A stretch of 18,887 bases of DNA from Candidatus Hodarchaeota archaeon (lineage in GTDB: Archaea > Asgardarchaeota > Heimdallarchaeia > Hodarchaeales > Hodarchaeaceae), in NCBI GenBank assembly GCA_016840035.1, contig JAEOTC010000234.1, forward strand, positions 1 to 18,887, read 5' to 3'. A program made the position numbers and the translations under genes. Below the pieces are notes generated by a model. It was not told the origin of the DNA. It made no database searches and worked only from the letters and a program-made list of their open reading frames with translations. Below, piece after piece: positions 16,526 through 18,887 of this stretch (position 1 is its first letter; the number at the start of each line of letters is the position of its first letter).

Positions 16526-17476
16526 ATGGAAAAAATTGTAGTTTCAGCACCTGCGACACTCGCAAATATTGGACCGGGATTTGATGTCTATGGATTAGCT
16601 GTTGATTCCCCTGTAGACATCATCAAGGCGAAAAAATTAGAAGATAGTCCTAAAAAGGTAGTTATTAGTGAGACGAATCTCCCAGAACTGCCTTTGGAAG
16701 CAAATCAAAACACAGCTGGAATTGCAGCTCAGTTTATCTTGAACAAGGTCGATGCTGACTTCGGAGTAGAGTTTAAAATTGAAAAAGGTATGGGAATTGG
16801 AACTGGTCTAGGAAGCAGTGCAGCAAGTGCAGCTGCTGGAGCTAAAGCTGTTGCCCATTTTATTAACGATGATATTAAGGATTTAGAATCATTATTATTA
16901 GAAGGATGTATCATAGCAGAAGAAGCTATTGATGGAGGGATTCATGGAGATAATGTAGCACCATCACTTTTTGGAGGATTTATTGTAATTCCTTCATCTA
17001 GAAGTCCATTACTTTTTTCCAAATTTCTATTACCAAAATCACTCAGAGTAATCCTTGCAACACCACCCATTTCTATCTTAACAGCTGATGCTCGAAGGAT
17101 AATTCCCAAAGAAATACCTTTACAACATTCAATCCATAGCACTGGTTATGCGGGTCTAGTAATGGCTGGAATTATTAAAAAGGACCTCAAATTAATGGGA
17201 AAAGGGATTGTTGATACCATTATTGAACCCGTCAGAGCAAGTCTTATCCCCCATTTTTACGAAGTTAAGCAAGCAGCTTTAGATGCAGGGGCATATGGTT
17301 GTTCAATTTCTGGGGCTGGCCCTACTGTTTTCGCGATTGCAGATGAAAATTGTGATTTAAAAAACATTGGAAAGGCAATGGCGGAAGCATTTGAGATGCA
17401 TAAACAAGTAACGGTTCGAATAGGCCTACCCAATAATGATGGAGCAAAAGTTCTTGCCAGAAGTTTCCACTTTTAG
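16526..17476 (+). CDS. thrB: Homoserine kinase (GHMP family)
   Basis: APATLANIGPGFD, G.GLGSSAAS, HGDNVAP, ISGAGPT; ATG 16526 preferred. Confidence 0.95.
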   Translation: MEKIVVSAPATLANIGPGFDVYGLAVDSPVDIIKAKKLEDSPKKVVISETNLPELPLEANQNTAGIAAQFILNKVDADFGVEFKIEKGMGIGTGLGSSAASAAAGAKAVAHFINDDIKDLESLLLEGCIIAEEAIDGGIHGDNVAPSLFGGFIVIPSSRSPLLFSKFLLPKSLRVILATPPISILTADARRIIPKEIPLQHSIHSTGYAGLVMAGIIKKDLKLMGKGIVDTIIEPVRASLIPHFYEVKQAALDAGAYGCSISGAGPTVFAIADENCDLKNIGKAMAEAFEMHKQVTVRIGLPNNDGAKVLARSFHF

Positions 17477-18677
17477 ATGTATTAAATGTAACCGTACGTT
17501 TTCTATTTCATCAGGAAGAATGACATGCTCCTGTGGGGGATTACTCGAAATTAAGCATGAGTGGGCACTTCTCTCACTTAAAACAGAATTAAAATACTAT
17601 GAACACATTCCTTCAGGAGTCTGGCGATTTAAACCTCTAATTCATCCTGAGATTTCTGAGAAAGAAATAGTAATGAGAGGTGAGGGGAACACAGGATTAT
17701 ATAACGCCTCGCAACGTATACTTGAGTATGCAAATTGTAACAACCTCCTTTTTAAACATGAAGGAGAGAATCCAACAGGCTCGTTTAAAGATCGGGGAAT
17801 GACTGTTGGCGTTTCTGAAGCTAAACGTCTAGGAATGCATACGGTAATTTGTGCTTCAACAGGGAATACATCTGCATCATTAGCAGCATATGCTTCATAT
17901 GCAGGTATTAAAGCCATTGTAATTCTACCAAAGGAAAAAGTAGCGTTTGGAAAATTATCTCAAGCGATAGCTTATGGAGCTAAAGTCTATACCGTAGAAG
18001 GGACATTTGATCTAGCGCTACAACATGTAATTGATCTAGCCACGAAAGATGGAAGATATTTATTAAATAGCATTAATCCTTGGCGAATTGAAGGACAAAA
18101 AACGATCATTTTTGAAATGCTGGAAAATCTCAAGTGGGAGCCACCAGATTGGATTGTAGTTCCTGCGGGAAATCTTGGTAACACCTCTGCATTTGGAAAG
18201 GCATTGAAAGAAGCACAGGAACTAGACCTAATCAAAGACATTCCGAAAATTATCGCTGTCCAAGCCAAAGGATCAGAACCTTTCGTAAACTATTGGATTA
18301 GTGGAAAATACGAACCTGAACATAATCCTCACACTCTGGCAACAGCGATTAATATTGGTAACCCGGTCAGCCGTCCAAAAGCTCTCGAAGCATTGAGATT
18401 CACAAACGGTATAGCCACGAGCGTCTCTGACCAATCCATTCTTGATGCAAAGGCAATAATTGACAGTGCTGGAATTGGATGTGAACCAGCATCCGCTGCT
18501 ACGTTAGCAGGAATAAAGAAGTCAGTAGATGAGGGGATGATATTAGCTTCAGAGAAAATTGTATCGATATTAACGGGCCATCTACTGAAAGATCCCCAAA
18601 TCATAATTGACTATCATCAAAATCAGCTCGAAAATATAGATTCCACATTTGCAAATAAGATCAATACGTATGACTGA
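17436..18677 (+). CDS. thrC: Threonine synthase
   Basis: N-terminal CxxC..CxC, GEGNT, KHEGENPTGSFKDRG (PLP lysine), CASTGNTSAS, PAGNLGN, EPASA. Confidence 0.95.
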   Translation: MMEQKFLPEVSTFRCIKCNRTFSISSGRMTCSCGGLLEIKHEWALLSLKTELKYYEHIPSGVWRFKPLIHPEISEKEIVMRGEGNTGLYNASQRILEYANCNNLLFKHEGENPTGSFKDRGMTVGVSEAKRLGMHTVICASTGNTSASLAAYASYAGIKAIVILPKEKVAFGKLSQAIAYGAKVYTVEGTFDLALQHVIDLATKDGRYLLNSINPWRIEGQKTIIFEMLENLKWEPPDWIVVPAGNLGNTSAFGKALKEAQELDLIKDIPKIIAVQAKGSEPFVNYWISGKYEPEHNPHTLATAINIGNPVSRPKALEALRFTNGIATSVSDQSILDAKAIIDSAGIGCEPASAATLAGIKKSVDEGMILASEKIVSILTGHLLKDPQIIIDYHQNQLENIDSTFANKINTYD

Positions 18678-18887
18678 TGAATTCGAAAAAAGATCGTATA
18701 TACTCGGAGGATGGATGAACAGGAAAGGGATAGATTTTTCATTTATTCCTTACTTGAAACAAATTTCTTATAGTATTTATTTGACCAAAATGATATGCAT
18801 CGTGAAAGATCAAGGTTGAGATTATTCTTTTCATTGGCCACAACTCATCCCTACGAGTATCTATCTTATCATCCAATTGTTCATCTG

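Noticed and set aside
4557-18604. Short ORFs antisense to or overlapping real genes (4557, 5289, 5511, 6809, 12079, 15675, 16729, 16942, 17642, 17987, 18329)
   Set aside because: Shadow ORFs opposite well-supported genes or lacking any motif.
18670-18819. 49-codon ORF after thrC
   Set aside because: Short with no recognisable motif; not supportable.

Overview
AT-rich archaeal-type window. An Asgard/Heimdallarchaeia-like origin is inferred from a Ras-like GTPase, a CTERM-type surface protein, TATA promoters and archaeal VapBC types. About 1-14.7 kb is an accessory region: TetR plus a divergent membrane gene, three unrelated VapBC toxin-antitoxin pairs, an SRPBCC protein, a phosphotransferase pseudogene, a degenerate NadE-like protein, YkvA/DUF1232, a nik/cbiMNQO-nikR ECF metal-uptake operon, an HTH-small GTPase fusion, a secreted lipase, a membrane protein and a PNPOx-like protein. 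Two hypothetical genes and housekeeping thrB-thrC follow. The main unexplained signal is a ~52-bp intergenic repeat, consensus GTATATAC-N4-GTATATAC-tyTTgTwAtC-TAAACCAGCC-ntTGAC-rrmGTT. It occurs in 8 full, partial or degenerate copies, all in the same orientation and mostly just downstream of a gene. It divides the region into modules and individually brackets each VapBC pair, resembling an integron-like gene-cassette array with a non-canonical site. No recombinase is visible in the window.
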